DNA of 64,000 nt from Acidobacteriota bacterium (GTDB lineage: Bacteria; Acidobacteriota; Blastocatellia; RBC074). Below the pieces are notes generated by a model. That model did not search any database. It saw nothing but the letters and a program-made list of their open reading frames with translations, and was not told the origin of the DNA. Below, one piece after another: positions 28,961-38,682 of this stretch (positions are counted from its first letter, which is position 1; each line of letters starts with the position of its first letter). Where the stretch lies: assembly GCA_037439425.1 (NCBI GenBank), contig JBBIWA010000021.1, forward strand, positions 842 to 64,841, written 5' to 3'. The translations under genes and the position numbers were made by a program.

Positions 28961-30615
28961 CACGCCAGATGATTTATCAACCACTGAGTTCTCTCTGCCT
29001 GATTGCCGGGCTGGTGATTATAGGTTTGCTCTCAGTGAAGGGAGCCGCGGCTCAGTCTCTCCGTAGTCGGGTGGTCTACCCGAAAAGCGATGTCACGCTT
29101 GAGGTCGCGGCGATCACCTTCCCCAATGAGGAGCGAAACAAGATCAATATGCTAGGGACAGACCGGTTTATCAATCTCAAAGGTAGCGCTCTCATCGAGC
29201 GGGAGAAAGGGAAGGCCGTGACAGCGATTAAGCTCGACATCGGTCGCCTGCCCCATCCCTCGCAGGTGTGCAATTCGTGTGGCACTTACGTCGTCTGGGC
29301 CATCACTCCCGAAGGGCAGGCCGATAATCTGGGCGAGTTTCGCAAACGCGGCTCTCACACTCTGGACGGATGGTTCGGCTCGGAAATGGAAGCCACCACG
29401 CGGCACCAAACCTTCAGCATCATCATCACCGCTGAACCTTACTATCTGGTCTCTTCCCCTTCTCGCAACGTGGTGGCGACCAACGCTGATCCTTCAATCA
29501 ACGACAATTTCAACAGGTTGAGGGTGGAGCGTAACACGATCAGCTTCAACGGCGATTCCGATTTTGACAACAAGATCGTCTCTCCTTCTCCAGCGATTGA
29601 GTTTTCAGATAAGAAGTTCCCCATCGAGCTGCGTCAGGCTCGCTTCGCAGTCGAGATCGCTAGTTACTATCAGGCCGGCAGATACGATGCCAGGACATTT
29701 CACGCGGCAGAGTCGGCTTACAAAGAAGCGCTGGCTACCTACGCGAATGATTCGCGTAATCTGGAGAAGGTCTTGACGCTGGCCGATCTCGCCATCCGAC
29801 AGGCCGATATGGCGCGCCGCCGCGCCGTCAGCCTGGCCAAAGCAGAAAAGGAGCGCCGCCTGTTACAGGAACGAGACGATAACATCGCAGCTCTGGACCT
29901 GAGCCTCAGAGAAAAAGAGCGTGCTCTGAAGGAGACCAGTGAAAATCGCGCCCGGCTGGCGGAGAGAAATAATCAACTGGAATACGAGCTATCCACTACC
30001 AGAGAGAGAGTCAAACAGCTTGAGGCCGACAATGCCAATCTGCAAACGGTTAATGCGAGCCTCCAGACAGCTAATGCCGCGCTGCAAGCCAGGGTGGATT
30101 CATTGCAGGTTGAAAAGGCGCGGATGGAAGCTTCCCTCAATGAGATGAACGCCCGGTGCAATCAAGCTATCAAGTGCATTGCTGACGTAGACCAGATCAA
30201 CTCAAAGAATCGTGAGCGCGTAGGGCGCGAATTCATCCTCTCGCAGAGTGAACTGGGCGTGGTGCTCTCTTTGCCCGATCGGCTCTTCTCGGTGCAGCAG
30301 CCGACCCAAATCTTACCCCAATCGCTGCTGAAGATTGATCTGCTGGCTGATTATCTCAAACCTTTAAGCAATCACCTTCTGATCGAAACCTTCGCTCAAG
30401 GGTGTGGCAGTGCCGTTGCCTGCCGGCAAGTGACCGAGCAATGGGCACAGACACTGGCTGAGTATCTGATTGCGCAAGGAGTGGCGCGGGAACGGATCGC
30501 AGCCTATGGACGCGGCAGCGCCGACTCGGCGGCCTCATCGCGGCAAACAGGCAAGCGCTCCGGCAGCAATGCCACTCTGCCTCAAATAAAGATCACTATC
30601 AAGAACCTACCTTAA
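28957..30615 (+). CDS. OmpA-like C-terminal domain protein with central coiled coil
   Basis: It has a signal peptide and a coiled coil (..LEADNANLQTVNASLQTANAALQARVDSLQVEKARMEASL..). The C-terminal OmpA-like region reads ..GVVLSLPDRLF....LADYL......LLIE......EYLIAQGVARERIAAYGRG. Its start overlaps the preceding stop (ATGA). Confidence 0.7.
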   Translation: MTRQMIYQPLSSLCLIAGLVIIGLLSVKGAAAQSLRSRVVYPKSDVTLEVAAITFPNEERNKINMLGTDRFINLKGSALIEREKGKAVTAIKLDIGRLPHPSQVCNSCGTYVVWAITPEGQADNLGEFRKRGSHTLDGWFGSEMEATTRHQTFSIIITAEPYYLVSSPSRNVVATNADPSINDNFNRLRVERNTISFNGDSDFDNKIVSPSPAIEFSDKKFPIELRQARFAVEIASYYQAGRYDARTFHAAESAYKEALATYANDSRNLEKVLTLADLAIRQADMARRRAVSLAKAEKERRLLQERDDNIAALDLSLREKERALKETSENRARLAERNNQLEYELSTTRERVKQLEADNANLQTVNASLQTANAALQARVDSLQVEKARMEASLNEMNARCNQAIKCIADVDQINSKNRERVGREFILSQSELGVVLSLPDRLFSVQQPTQILPQSLLKIDLLADYLKPLSNHLLIETFAQGCGSAVACRQVTEQWAQTLAEYLIAQGVARERIAAYGRGSADSAASSRQTGKRSGSNATLPQIKITIKNLP

Positions 30616-30668
30616 CCGAATCGCGAACGCCGGATTTCGGATGGCGAATTTTGAAATCTGAAGTCCGG
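30616..30668. repeat. AT-rich short-repeat cluster (CGGATTTCGGAT / GCGAATTT type)
   Basis: The sequence CCGAATCGCGAACGCCGGATTTCGGATGGCGAATTTTGAAATCTGAAGTCCGG lies directly after the stop at 30615. It is partly self-complementary. Confidence 0.55.
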
Positions 30669-30943
30669 CGTGCGGATCCTCCTTCGCGAGACCACTCGTA
30701 AAGCTCTTCCTTACCGCGCTGCGGGCCGGGCAATGCCAAAGCGCAAATCCAGAAACCATCTTTGCGCCGCTGCGGGAAAGTTGCTCTCGCTTCTTGTGAG
30801 AACGCTCAGTGCGGGCCGCCGGTGTGACAGGAATGTAACGGCAAAGTCACCGGATGGTAGCAATCCCGCCCGAGAATTCACCAAGCCGATTGAGAACGAA
30901 ATGTCGCGAAAAATGGCGGCCAAGCAGCAGAATTGGAAGAGCA

Positions 30944-33223
30944 ATGATGAAGCGATCTCAAAACCATCAGCCTCCGAGTCCAGAGACGCAGCCCTTGACC
31001 AGACCGCGCGTCTTGGTGGTGGGAGCGCATCTGACCAAAACGCTGGGTGGCATCAGCACGCTGCTTGCCGATCTGCTTAGCTCGCCGCTCGCCAACGAGT
31101 TTGAGTTCTACCACATAGCTTCGCAGGCTGATGAGTATGGCCGGCTGGGCAAGATTAGACTGGCACTGGCGGCGTTGCTCAGTTTTTTTATCGCTTTAGT
31201 GCGATGGCGGCCCCAGCTGGTTTACGTCCACATCGGTGGCAACGCGAGCCTGTATCGCAAGGTTCCTTTTCTCGTGCTCGCGCGCCTGATGAGGAAGCGA
31301 GTACTGGCGCACTTTCACGCAGGTGATTTCGAGTTCTATTTTGCGCGCCAAAACTGGCTGGGCCGCCAACTGATTCTATGCGGTCTGCGGCAGCCTCATC
31401 GTTTGATCGCTGTTTCTCAGTATCTGGGCGAATTGCTTGGCCGACTCCTGTCTGAAGCCCCAATCGTAGTAGTGCCCAACGGGATCAAGACCAGCCTCTT
31501 CGCCCGGGATGCTGCAGCTCATCACGATCCGGGCGCTCAGTCTGATTCCGCCGGTCGGGTGCTACATCTGCTGTTCATCGGCGCGATGGGGCGGCTCAAA
31601 GGAGAGCGAGATTTGATTGCGGCGCTCGGCCGTGTGCTGAGTGTCGCGCCGCAGTTTCGCCTCTCTATGTTAGGGCATGGCGCGCAACCGATTCTCCAAC
31701 TCTGCCAACAAGCAGGCTTGCTCCCCTTTATTGAGCATCTCGGCCCTGTGCCGCTCGAGCAACGAACAGCTTTCTTCAAGCGTGCCAGCATCTTCGTCTT
31801 GCCCACCTACGCTGAAGGCTTGCCCGTAGCAGTGCTGGAAGCTATGGCTGCCGGTCTGCCTGTGATTGCGACGAGAGTGGGCGGCATCCCGGAGTTGATA
31901 GAAGACGGAGTCGAAGGCTACCTGATTGAGCCTGGAGATATAGATGCGCTCAGCCAGCGCATCATTCAATTGATCAATCATCCTGAGCAGCGGCAGAGTA
32001 TGGGCGCACGCGCGCAGGCCAGAGCGCAGCAGTTTGATTGGGAGAAGATTCTCGAGCAGCTCGGCGCTCAGTTGCGGCAAGCCATCAATCAGCAGGTGAG
32101 TTGGAGTAGTAAAGAGACAGTCCCTCCTATTGAGAGGAGGAGCGCTGCAAGAGGGATAGTGAGGATGAGCCCGGGCCAAACAAGCCGGCTTGGTAAGCGC
32201 GCGTTGAAATCGTCTGCTGCGCCGCTCTGCCGCTGGCTCAGGGCCGGGCAGCGCCGATTCGCAGTCCGGAGAGATGGTGAGAAGGGAGTTCTGATCCTCG
32301 GCTATCACCGGATCGTCGCAGACATCGAGCAGGCGGAACGAGAAGCTATCTTCGGATTGGTCACCTCGGTAGAAACTTTTCGCCGCCACCTGGAAATCAT
32401 CCGCAAACGTTATCAGGTCTTGACGCTGGATGAAGCGATCAGAGTATTGCGAGGTGAACGTTCTGTTAATAGTCCTGCTGCGGTCATTACTTTCGATGAC
32501 GGATACCGCGATGTTTATGAGCAGGCGCTGCCGGTGCTGCGAAATATGGGCTTGCCAGCCACCGTCTTTGTCCCGACAGCTTTCATCGGCACATCACAAC
32601 TGCTCGATCACGATCGTCTCTATTGGCTGATTCTCAAGGCGCGGGCCACGGGAGCTAGTCTTCATCTTCCGCTTGAGCAAGCTGGATTAAGACCAGCGCA
32701 GGTGGAAGCATTGTGCCTGGAGTCTGATCCGGTGCGACTTTCTGACCGCCTCCTCTATCTCCCATTTGAGGTCCGCCAGCGCCTCCTCAGCAACCTTGAA
32801 GCTACACTCTGCGATGGGGTGCAAGACTACCCTGCTGGTTATGAGCTAATGAACTGGGAGATGATCGCGGAACTGGTCCGCGCCGGTTTCACTATCGGAG
32901 CGCACAGCGACAGGCATCCGGTGCTCACTCTCGAAAGTGTGGAGACAATCAAACGGGAGATCACCAGCAGCAAGCGCATTCTGGAAGAGCGACTCAAGGA
33001 GCCGGTGCGTCATTTCGCTTATCCGAACGGGCAGTACAACGAAGAGATCCGCCAGATGATTGCGCAAGCAGGATTCGAGGCGGCAGTCACGACCGAAAAC
33101 CGCCTCAACTATGGCGGCGCGAATCTACTTTCGCTGGGCCGTGTTTGTCTCTCCGAAGAATCAACGCGGGGTGTGAGGGGCAGCTATTCTGAGGCGGTGG
33201 CCCGGTTGCGCCTGGCGGCCTGA
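30944..33223 (+). CDS. Fusion protein: GT4-family glycosyltransferase plus polysaccharide deacetylase (NodB homology domain)
   Basis: The N-terminal half carries the GT4 signature ..FVLPTYAEGLPVAVLEAMAAGLPVIATRVGGIPELIEDGVEGYL... The C-terminal half carries ..AVITFDDGYRDVYEQALPVLRNMGLPATVFV.. and ..GAHSDRHPVL... The ATG at 30944 is preferred over the track start at 30854. Confidence 0.8.
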   Translation: MMKRSQNHQPPSPETQPLTRPRVLVVGAHLTKTLGGISTLLADLLSSPLANEFEFYHIASQADEYGRLGKIRLALAALLSFFIALVRWRPQLVYVHIGGNASLYRKVPFLVLARLMRKRVLAHFHAGDFEFYFARQNWLGRQLILCGLRQPHRLIAVSQYLGELLGRLLSEAPIVVVPNGIKTSLFARDAAAHHDPGAQSDSAGRVLHLLFIGAMGRLKGERDLIAALGRVLSVAPQFRLSMLGHGAQPILQLCQQAGLLPFIEHLGPVPLEQRTAFFKRASIFVLPTYAEGLPVAVLEAMAAGLPVIATRVGGIPELIEDGVEGYLIEPGDIDALSQRIIQLINHPEQRQSMGARAQARAQQFDWEKILEQLGAQLRQAINQQVSWSSKETVPPIERRSAARGIVRMSPGQTSRLGKRALKSSAAPLCRWLRAGQRRFAVRRDGEKGVLILGYHRIVADIEQAEREAIFGLVTSVETFRRHLEIIRKRYQVLTLDEAIRVLRGERSVNSPAAVITFDDGYRDVYEQALPVLRNMGLPATVFVPTAFIGTSQLLDHDRLYWLILKARATGASLHLPLEQAGLRPAQVEALCLESDPVRLSDRLLYLPFEVRQRLLSNLEATLCDGVQDYPAGYELMNWEMIAELVRAGFTIGAHSDRHPVLTLESVETIKREITSSKRILEERLKEPVRHFAYPNGQYNEEIRQMIAQAGFEAAVTTENRLNYGGANLLSLGRVCLSEESTRGVRGSYSEAVARLRLAA

Positions 33224-33304
33224 GGGAAGGGAAGTGCTATGCAACTTACGGTCAAAGACTGACCGTTGCTACCAATTGGGGCGGCCTAAGGGAAGGGGAG
33301 CGCT

Positions 33305-34084
33305 ATGCAACTGAACCAGGTCCCTTTCGTCAATGTTCTCGGTGTGCGGATCGCCGCGCTCGATTACGAGCGCGCGATTGCTCAGCTTGAAAGCTTCATC
33401 AGCGACGGGGGCACTCATTATGTCTGCCTCTCCAATGTTCATGCGGTGACCGAGAGCCAATTCGATAGGGAATTGAAAGCGGCGCTCAACGGGGCGGACC
33501 TGGCTTTGCCCGATGGGATGCCGCTGGTCTGGGCTGCTAATCTGGAGGGGCACGGATTGCCTGACCGAGTATATGGTCCGGAGCTGTTGCTGCGGTTTTG
33601 CGCGGCGAGCGAGCAGCGCGGCTATCGCCATTTCTTCTATGGCGGCGCGCCCGGAGTGGCCGCAGAACTGGCTGTGCGAATCAAGCAGCTCTATCCGGGA
33701 CTGAAGATTATCGGCGCTTACTCGCCACCGTTTAGACCGCTCACCGAAGAGGAAGAGAGAGCTCTGGCCGCGCAGCTGAATGATCGCGTGGATGTGCTCT
33801 GGGTCGGATTGGGCTGTCCGAAACAAGAGAAATGGATGGCGGCCCATCGCCATTTGCGCGTTGGGGTCATGATCGGAGTCGGGGCAGCCTTCGATTTTCA
33901 TACTGGCCGCGTCGCGCAAGCTCCGCGCTGGATGCAGCGGCACGGGCTGGAATGGTTGTTTCGCCTCTTCCAGGAGCCGCGCCGGTTGTGGCGGCGGTAT
34001 CTGGTGCTCAATAACCTGTTCATCCTTTTGTACCTCGGCCAACGCCTGGGGCTGAGGAAATACGAATGGAGCGTGGCAAGCTAA
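33305..34084 (+). CDS. WecB/TagA/CpsF-family glycosyltransferase (GT26)
   Basis: Motifs read ..VCLSNVHAVTESQ...L..AL..ADLALPDGMPLVWA.., ..FFYGGAPGVA.., ..LWVGLGCPKQEKWM... Confidence 0.85.
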   Translation: MQLNQVPFVNVLGVRIAALDYERAIAQLESFISDGGTHYVCLSNVHAVTESQFDRELKAALNGADLALPDGMPLVWAANLEGHGLPDRVYGPELLLRFCAASEQRGYRHFFYGGAPGVAAELAVRIKQLYPGLKIIGAYSPPFRPLTEEEERALAAQLNDRVDVLWVGLGCPKQEKWMAAHRHLRVGVMIGVGAAFDFHTGRVAQAPRWMQRHGLEWLFRLFQEPRRLWRRYLVLNNLFILLYLGQRLGLRKYEWSVAS

Positions 34085-34097
34085 AAGGAGATAGACA

Positions 34098-34871
34098 ATG
34101 GGTTGTGCAATCACCCTCTCGCCGAAGAGAATTACTCAGCTACTCCTGCTAAGCGCATCTGGCCTCATCCTTCTAGGGATAGTTGCGGGATATGCCAGAG
34201 TTAGCTTGGGCGAGGATTATCTGCACCAGATGCATCTCTTCGGCCTGGCCGAGAAATTCGATCTGGATGGTGAGCAAAATATTCCCGCCTGGTTCCAGAC
34301 GGCCCTGCTGCTGCTGTGTTCTATTTTGCTGTGGCTGATCGCTTCGGCCAAGAGACTGGCGGCTGATGGCTATCTTCGCCATTGGCAGGTGCTGGCACTC
34401 ATTTTTCTGGGCTTGTCACTGGACGAGGCCGCCAGTTTGCACGAGATGACGGTGGAGCTGCTGAGAGCTGCGCTTCACACTACTGGCTTTCTCTATTTCG
34501 CTTGGGTGATTCTGGGCGCCGCTTTTGTGCTCCTCTTCGGGTTGGCTTATCTGAGATTTCTATTTCATCTGCCGGCGCGCTACCGAGCGCTGTTTTTCGC
34601 CTCTGGCGCGCTTTTCGTGGGCGGAGCGGTAGGGATGGAGATGGTGGATGGAAATTATTTTGCCGCGCATGGCCAGGACCTGACTTACGCGATGTTAACT
34701 GTGGGCGAAGAAGCGCTAGAGATGTCAGGCCTGCTGATCTTCATCCAGGCTCTGTTGAGGTATCTAGGCGAGCGAGGGGCAGGAGTCAGCATCTCTTTGC
34801 GGGAGGGGAAGGCCAGACCGGTGAACAATGTCGTCCCTCTATCAACGGGCAAAAGAGGGATTGCCTACTGA
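34098..34871 (+). CDS. Hypothetical polytopic membrane protein
   Basis: About 7 hydrophobic segments are present. It is in frame and tightly packed within the operon. Confidence 0.55.
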   Translation: MGCAITLSPKRITQLLLLSASGLILLGIVAGYARVSLGEDYLHQMHLFGLAEKFDLDGEQNIPAWFQTALLLLCSILLWLIASAKRLAADGYLRHWQVLALIFLGLSLDEAASLHEMTVELLRAALHTTGFLYFAWVILGAAFVLLFGLAYLRFLFHLPARYRALFFASGALFVGGAVGMEMVDGNYFAAHGQDLTYAMLTVGEEALEMSGLLIFIQALLRYLGERGAGVSISLREGKARPVNNVVPLSTGKRGIAY

Positions 34872-34884
34872 AGCAGTCATTGTG

Positions 34885-36060
34885 ATGAGTGTAATACAAG
34901 TCAAGGGTATTGAGCGGTGGGCGCTGGAGCAGAGCGAGCGGACGGAAACAGAATGCCTCACTGGCGGAGTCGAGATCATAGAGCAACTGGCCGCCGAATG
35001 GCGCAGGCTGTGTGAGGAAGGGCCGTGTGATGAGCCGTTTTACCGCCCGGAACTGGTTGCCGCCTTCGTTCGCGCCTTCGCGTCGGAAAAGAAGCTGCTG
35101 GTGGTCACCGCGCGAGCCGGGGGCCGGCTGCGGGCGGTCTTGCCACTCATTCAGGAGCAGGCCTGGTTTTACGGAGTGCCCATCAGGAAGCTGCGGAGCG
35201 CAACCAATCTTCACACCAATCGCTTCGACCTGGTGCATGGTGCAGGCGATGAGGTTGCAGCTTCAGTGCTGGCTATCTGGCGGCGCCTCAAGCAGACGCC
35301 GGGTTGGGAGGTGATCGAAGTAGAAGATGTGCCGCAGCGCGGAGCATTCAATCATTTGCTCGTAGCCGCCAGTCTCGATGGTTATCCAACGGGACGCTGG
35401 GCAGTGGTTCCTACTCCTTACATACCACTGCCGGGGCCTGGCGGCAGTTTGGGAACAGTGCTCTCGCGCCTGAGTAACAAGTTTCGCTCCAATCTCCGCC
35501 GTCGGATGAAGAAGTTGGAGGCGCAAGGAGCGGTGCGTCTCCTGCGCCTGGCTCAAGCTGATCAAGCAGCACTTGACCGCTTCTATGAACTGGAGCGCGC
35601 CGGCTGGAAGGGCAAAGAGGGGACAGCTATCGCCTGCGACGCACAGAGGCGGCAATATTACGATGAGATGGCGCGCGCCGCGGCGCAGTTCGGCTACTTC
35701 TCACTCTACGCACTCGAATGCGATGGTCGCCCGGTCGCAATCCACTATGGGCTGGCGCATCGCGGTCGTTACTACGTGCCCAAACTGACTTACGATGAGA
35801 GCTACAAAGATTGCTCACCTGGCCATCTGCTGGTGCATGAGGTACTGCGCGATCTGATTGAGAAAGGGATGACGGAGTTTGATTTTCTGGGACCGTGGAT
35901 GGAATGGAAAGGGGAGTGGACTGCGGAGCTGCGTCCGCACGCCAACTGCTATGTCTTTCGTCGAGGAATAACCGGACGCGCGCTTTGGTCGCTGAAGTTT
36001 CAGCTCATGCAGGCAGCGCGTCAGCTAAAGCGCAAGCTCAAGGGCGAGCCAGTCCTTTAA
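34885..36060 (+). CDS. CelD/BioF2-like GNAT acyltransferase (FemAB-related), paralogue 1
   Basis: The sequence ..LAAEWRRLCEEGPCDEPFYRPELVAAFVRAF...KKLLVVTARAGGRLRAVLPL.. and ..FYELERAGWKGKEGTAI.. fits the PF13480-type pattern. The start at ATG 34885 follows the preceding stop. Confidence 0.7.
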   Translation: MSVIQVKGIERWALEQSERTETECLTGGVEIIEQLAAEWRRLCEEGPCDEPFYRPELVAAFVRAFASEKKLLVVTARAGGRLRAVLPLIQEQAWFYGVPIRKLRSATNLHTNRFDLVHGAGDEVAASVLAIWRRLKQTPGWEVIEVEDVPQRGAFNHLLVAASLDGYPTGRWAVVPTPYIPLPGPGGSLGTVLSRLSNKFRSNLRRRMKKLEAQGAVRLLRLAQADQAALDRFYELERAGWKGKEGTAIACDAQRRQYYDEMARAAAQFGYFSLYALECDGRPVAIHYGLAHRGRYYVPKLTYDESYKDCSPGHLLVHEVLRDLIEKGMTEFDFLGPWMEWKGEWTAELRPHANCYVFRRGITGRALWSLKFQLMQAARQLKRKLKGEPVL

Positions 36061-36152
36061 CTATACCCGCCTTGAGCAATAAGCCTCTGTACGAAGAGAG
36101 AGCCGGAGAGGTGGAAATCTCCTGGCGGAACTTTGTGGCGGAGTAAAGACCG

Positions 36153-37346
36153 ATGGTAGCAGAAGCAAAGCAACTCTCTTACCTGCATCTTCAGAGAGAG
36201 GGCAATGAAAGGATCTTCGCCCCGGCCGGGCCAACGCTCTGGCCCTGGATGCTGCGGCGAGGAGCCAGGCAAGCGGAGCTGCCATATCCGCTCAATGAGC
36301 CAGGCCTCCGCTACCTTTATTCAACTCGCAACAGCATCTACGCGCTGGCGCAGTTGCTGAATCTGAGAGGGCAAGAGGTTCTCTTCCCAGCCTACTTCTG
36401 CGGAGTAGAAGTGGAGGCTTTGCTGGCGGCGGGCGTGAAGCTGCGCTTCTTTCCGGTGCATGCGCGGATGCGCATTGATCCTGAGGAAGTAGCTGCCGCG
36501 ATCCTACCACAGACGCGCGCCATTTACCTGATCCACTATCTGGGTTTTCCTGGGCCGGTGGAAGAGATTCAACACCTATGCCGCGAGCGCGGCTTGTTAC
36601 TGATCGAGGATTGCGCCCTCTCGCTGCTTTCGTGTCTGGGCGGTAGGCCGCTCGGTTCCTTCGGCGATGCGGCGGCGTTCTGTTTTTACAAGACGGTGCC
36701 GGTACCGAACGGCGGCGCTTTACTCCTGCATAATGGCCGGACAGTTGAGCTTGCCGCAGGCGTTGCTCCATCACTGGCTGCTGTGATTCCCGACGTGGCG
36801 CTCTCGCTGTTGCTCAACTTTGAGATGAGGGGTAGTCACCTCAGCCGGATGCTCAGACAGATAGTGCGTTCGCTGGGCCAGGCTGTGTTGCGTCTCACTG
36901 GTTCGGAGCGCGCCACTATGGGCTTACCCCATTTCGATGCTGCGCATCTCGGTCTGGCGATGAGCGCTTTGTCCCAGACGGTGCTGAGAGCGCAAGATTT
37001 CCCGGCCATCATCGCGCAGCGGCGGCGCAACTACTCTGTTTTGTTTGAGCATCTGCGCGAGCTGGCGCCGCCTATCTTTGAAGAGCTTCCGCTGGGCGTC
37101 TGCCCGCTCTTTTATCCCTTGCAGGTGCAAAACAAGCCGGCAGTGCAAGCCTGGCTTCAGGCGCGTGGAGTAGAGACGGTGGATTTCTGGCGCTGGGGAC
37201 ATCGGCTGGTGAGGCCAGGCGCGTTTCCTGAAGTTGATGAACTGCGGCGAACGATTCTCTGGCTGCCGTGCCATCAGGACTTGACCACGGCGGCGGTTGA
37301 ACGGATGGCAATGATAGTGCGCGAAGTCGTGAGGTTAGTCGGATGA
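36153..37346 (+). CDS. DegT/DnrJ/EryC1/StrS-family PLP-dependent aminotransferase
   Basis: The sequence ..AIYLIHYLGFPGPVEEIQHLCRERGLLLIEDCALSLLS..GRPLGSFGDAAAFCFYKTVPVPNGGALL.. includes the candidate PLP Lys in FYKT. Confidence 0.7.
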   Translation: MVAEAKQLSYLHLQREGNERIFAPAGPTLWPWMLRRGARQAELPYPLNEPGLRYLYSTRNSIYALAQLLNLRGQEVLFPAYFCGVEVEALLAAGVKLRFFPVHARMRIDPEEVAAAILPQTRAIYLIHYLGFPGPVEEIQHLCRERGLLLIEDCALSLLSCLGGRPLGSFGDAAAFCFYKTVPVPNGGALLLHNGRTVELAAGVAPSLAAVIPDVALSLLLNFEMRGSHLSRMLRQIVRSLGQAVLRLTGSERATMGLPHFDAAHLGLAMSALSQTVLRAQDFPAIIAQRRRNYSVLFEHLRELAPPIFEELPLGVCPLFYPLQVQNKPAVQAWLQARGVETVDFWRWGHRLVRPGAFPEVDELRRTILWLPCHQDLTTAAVERMAMIVREVVRLVG

Positions 37347-38578
37347 ACACTTTGAAGATCGAACAGCTACGCGGCGCTCAAGCACTACCAGCATTGCGCG
37401 AGCAGTGGCAGGCGCTGTTTTGCTTGACCAAAGCTACACCCTTCCTCTCGTGGGAATGGATGAGCGCCTGGCAGCGGTGGTTTGGCCACCATGGTACACC
37501 GCGCCTGCTGTGCGTTCGCGAGGGCAGCGCGCTGGTGGGATTGCTGCCCCTTTATGAGGGGGAAGGGCCAAGGAGTGTGCGGCGGCTCTCCTTCCTCGGC
37601 GAAGATTACGTAGGAGCTGATTATCTGGACGCGCTGGCGCTGCCAGGGCGGGAGCGAGAAGTGGCCGATGCGCTGTTTCGGCATCTGGCAAAAGATGATT
37701 CATTTGATCTCCTCGAGCTCAAAGGGCTGGCCGAAGATTCTTTCAGTCTCGCATCCCTCATCCGGCATTTCGGCGCTGAAGCAAAGTTTGGGTATCAACA
37801 AAGGCTGCGCGATATTTGCCCGAAGCTGGTGCTTCGAGATGACTGGGATGAGGTGCTCTCTCGCAGCAAGCGAGCGGACAATTATCGGCGCCGTTTGCGC
37901 CAGCTGCGCGCACTTACGGGACTGGAGCGACGCGTCATTACTGAGCCGGAGCTGGCAGCAGAGGCTTTTGATCGGTTTCTCGCTCTGCACGAGAGACGCT
38001 GGGCGGCGCAAGGTGGGTCCGAGGCGATGTGGCATCCTGCGGTCAAAGGATTTCATCGTGATGTGGTGGTGCGGCTGGCTCGCCTCGGACTGCTGCGCTT
38101 TGAGGAATTGTGGGTTGAGGGGGCCTGCCGGGCCTCGATCTACGGCTTTGATGACGGCCATCGTTTCTGTTTCTACCAGACCGGTTATGATCCATCGTGG
38201 TCCAGGCACAGTGTCGGGCTCGTTTGCCTGGGGCTGTCGATAGAAGATGCCGTGAAGCGCGGGGTGAAGTTTTATAACTTTCTGCGTGGCACTGAGAGAT
38301 ACAAGTTTGACTGGGCGAACGACACGCGTAACACAATGGCCGTGCGGGTGACCAATGGCTGTCTGCCCGTGAGGTGGCTGATCGCGCGTGAGCATATCGT
38401 GATGGCGGTGCAGGAGGTGGCGCAAGCTGTGTTGCCAGAGCAGGTGGTCAAGCTGCTGCGCCGTAAGCGCCGGGCCTGGATAGCAAGGCGAATGAGTAGC
38501 ATTGAGCCAGAGAGCGCGGCAAAAGATTCGTCCCTGCTTTCAGCCCCTCACTCAGCAATTCCTCAGCAGGTTGAGTGA
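37343..38578 (+). CDS. CelD/BioF2-like GNAT acyltransferase (FemAB-related), paralogue 2
   Basis: The sequence ..PFLSWEWMSAWQRWFGHHGTPRLLCVREGSALVGLLPL..LSFLGEDYVGADYLDALALPGRE.. is present. An ATGA overlap links it to the preceding gene. Confidence 0.7.
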   Translation: MNTLKIEQLRGAQALPALREQWQALFCLTKATPFLSWEWMSAWQRWFGHHGTPRLLCVREGSALVGLLPLYEGEGPRSVRRLSFLGEDYVGADYLDALALPGREREVADALFRHLAKDDSFDLLELKGLAEDSFSLASLIRHFGAEAKFGYQQRLRDICPKLVLRDDWDEVLSRSKRADNYRRRLRQLRALTGLERRVITEPELAAEAFDRFLALHERRWAAQGGSEAMWHPAVKGFHRDVVVRLARLGLLRFEELWVEGACRASIYGFDDGHRFCFYQTGYDPSWSRHSVGLVCLGLSIEDAVKRGVKFYNFLRGTERYKFDWANDTRNTMAVRVTNGCLPVRWLIAREHIVMAVQEVAQAVLPEQVVKLLRRKRRAWIARRMSSIEPESAAKDSSLLSAPHSAIPQQVE

Positions 38579-38682
38579 GGGAAATATGATCGCGAAGTTA
38601 TCAAGTAGCGACAGGCTTTCTTGAGCATACAGCCCCAAGTCAGGTCGCCGTGTCAGATGACGCCCCTAGCGCAGGAGGTCAC

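Noticed and set aside
30670-31080. 136-aa ORF, and the track start at 30854, in the leader of the GT4-deacetylase gene.
   Set aside because: The composition is Arg/Ala-rich and overlaps alternative frames. Homology-like sequence of the GT4 domain begins only after the MMKRSQ start at 30944.
31670-32389. 239-aa minus-strand ORF. The same applies to 37700..38425, 41191..41736, 20561..21301, 38911..39405, 11480..11974 and 46868..47458.
   Set aside because: All are antisense to genes with clear family signatures, so they are shadow ORFs.
33269-34114. 281-aa minus-strand ORF.
   Set aside because: It is fully antisense to the WecG/TagA-type gene, whose plus-strand translation carries clear family motifs. 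It is a typical shadow ORF in GC-rich DNA.
34382-34885. 167-aa alternative-frame ORF inside the 34098..34871 membrane-protein gene. The same applies to 14094..14396 inside the DUF192 gene.
   Set aside because: These are Arg/Gly-rich out-of-frame translations, whereas the chosen frames give coherent TM segments or DUF192 motifs.
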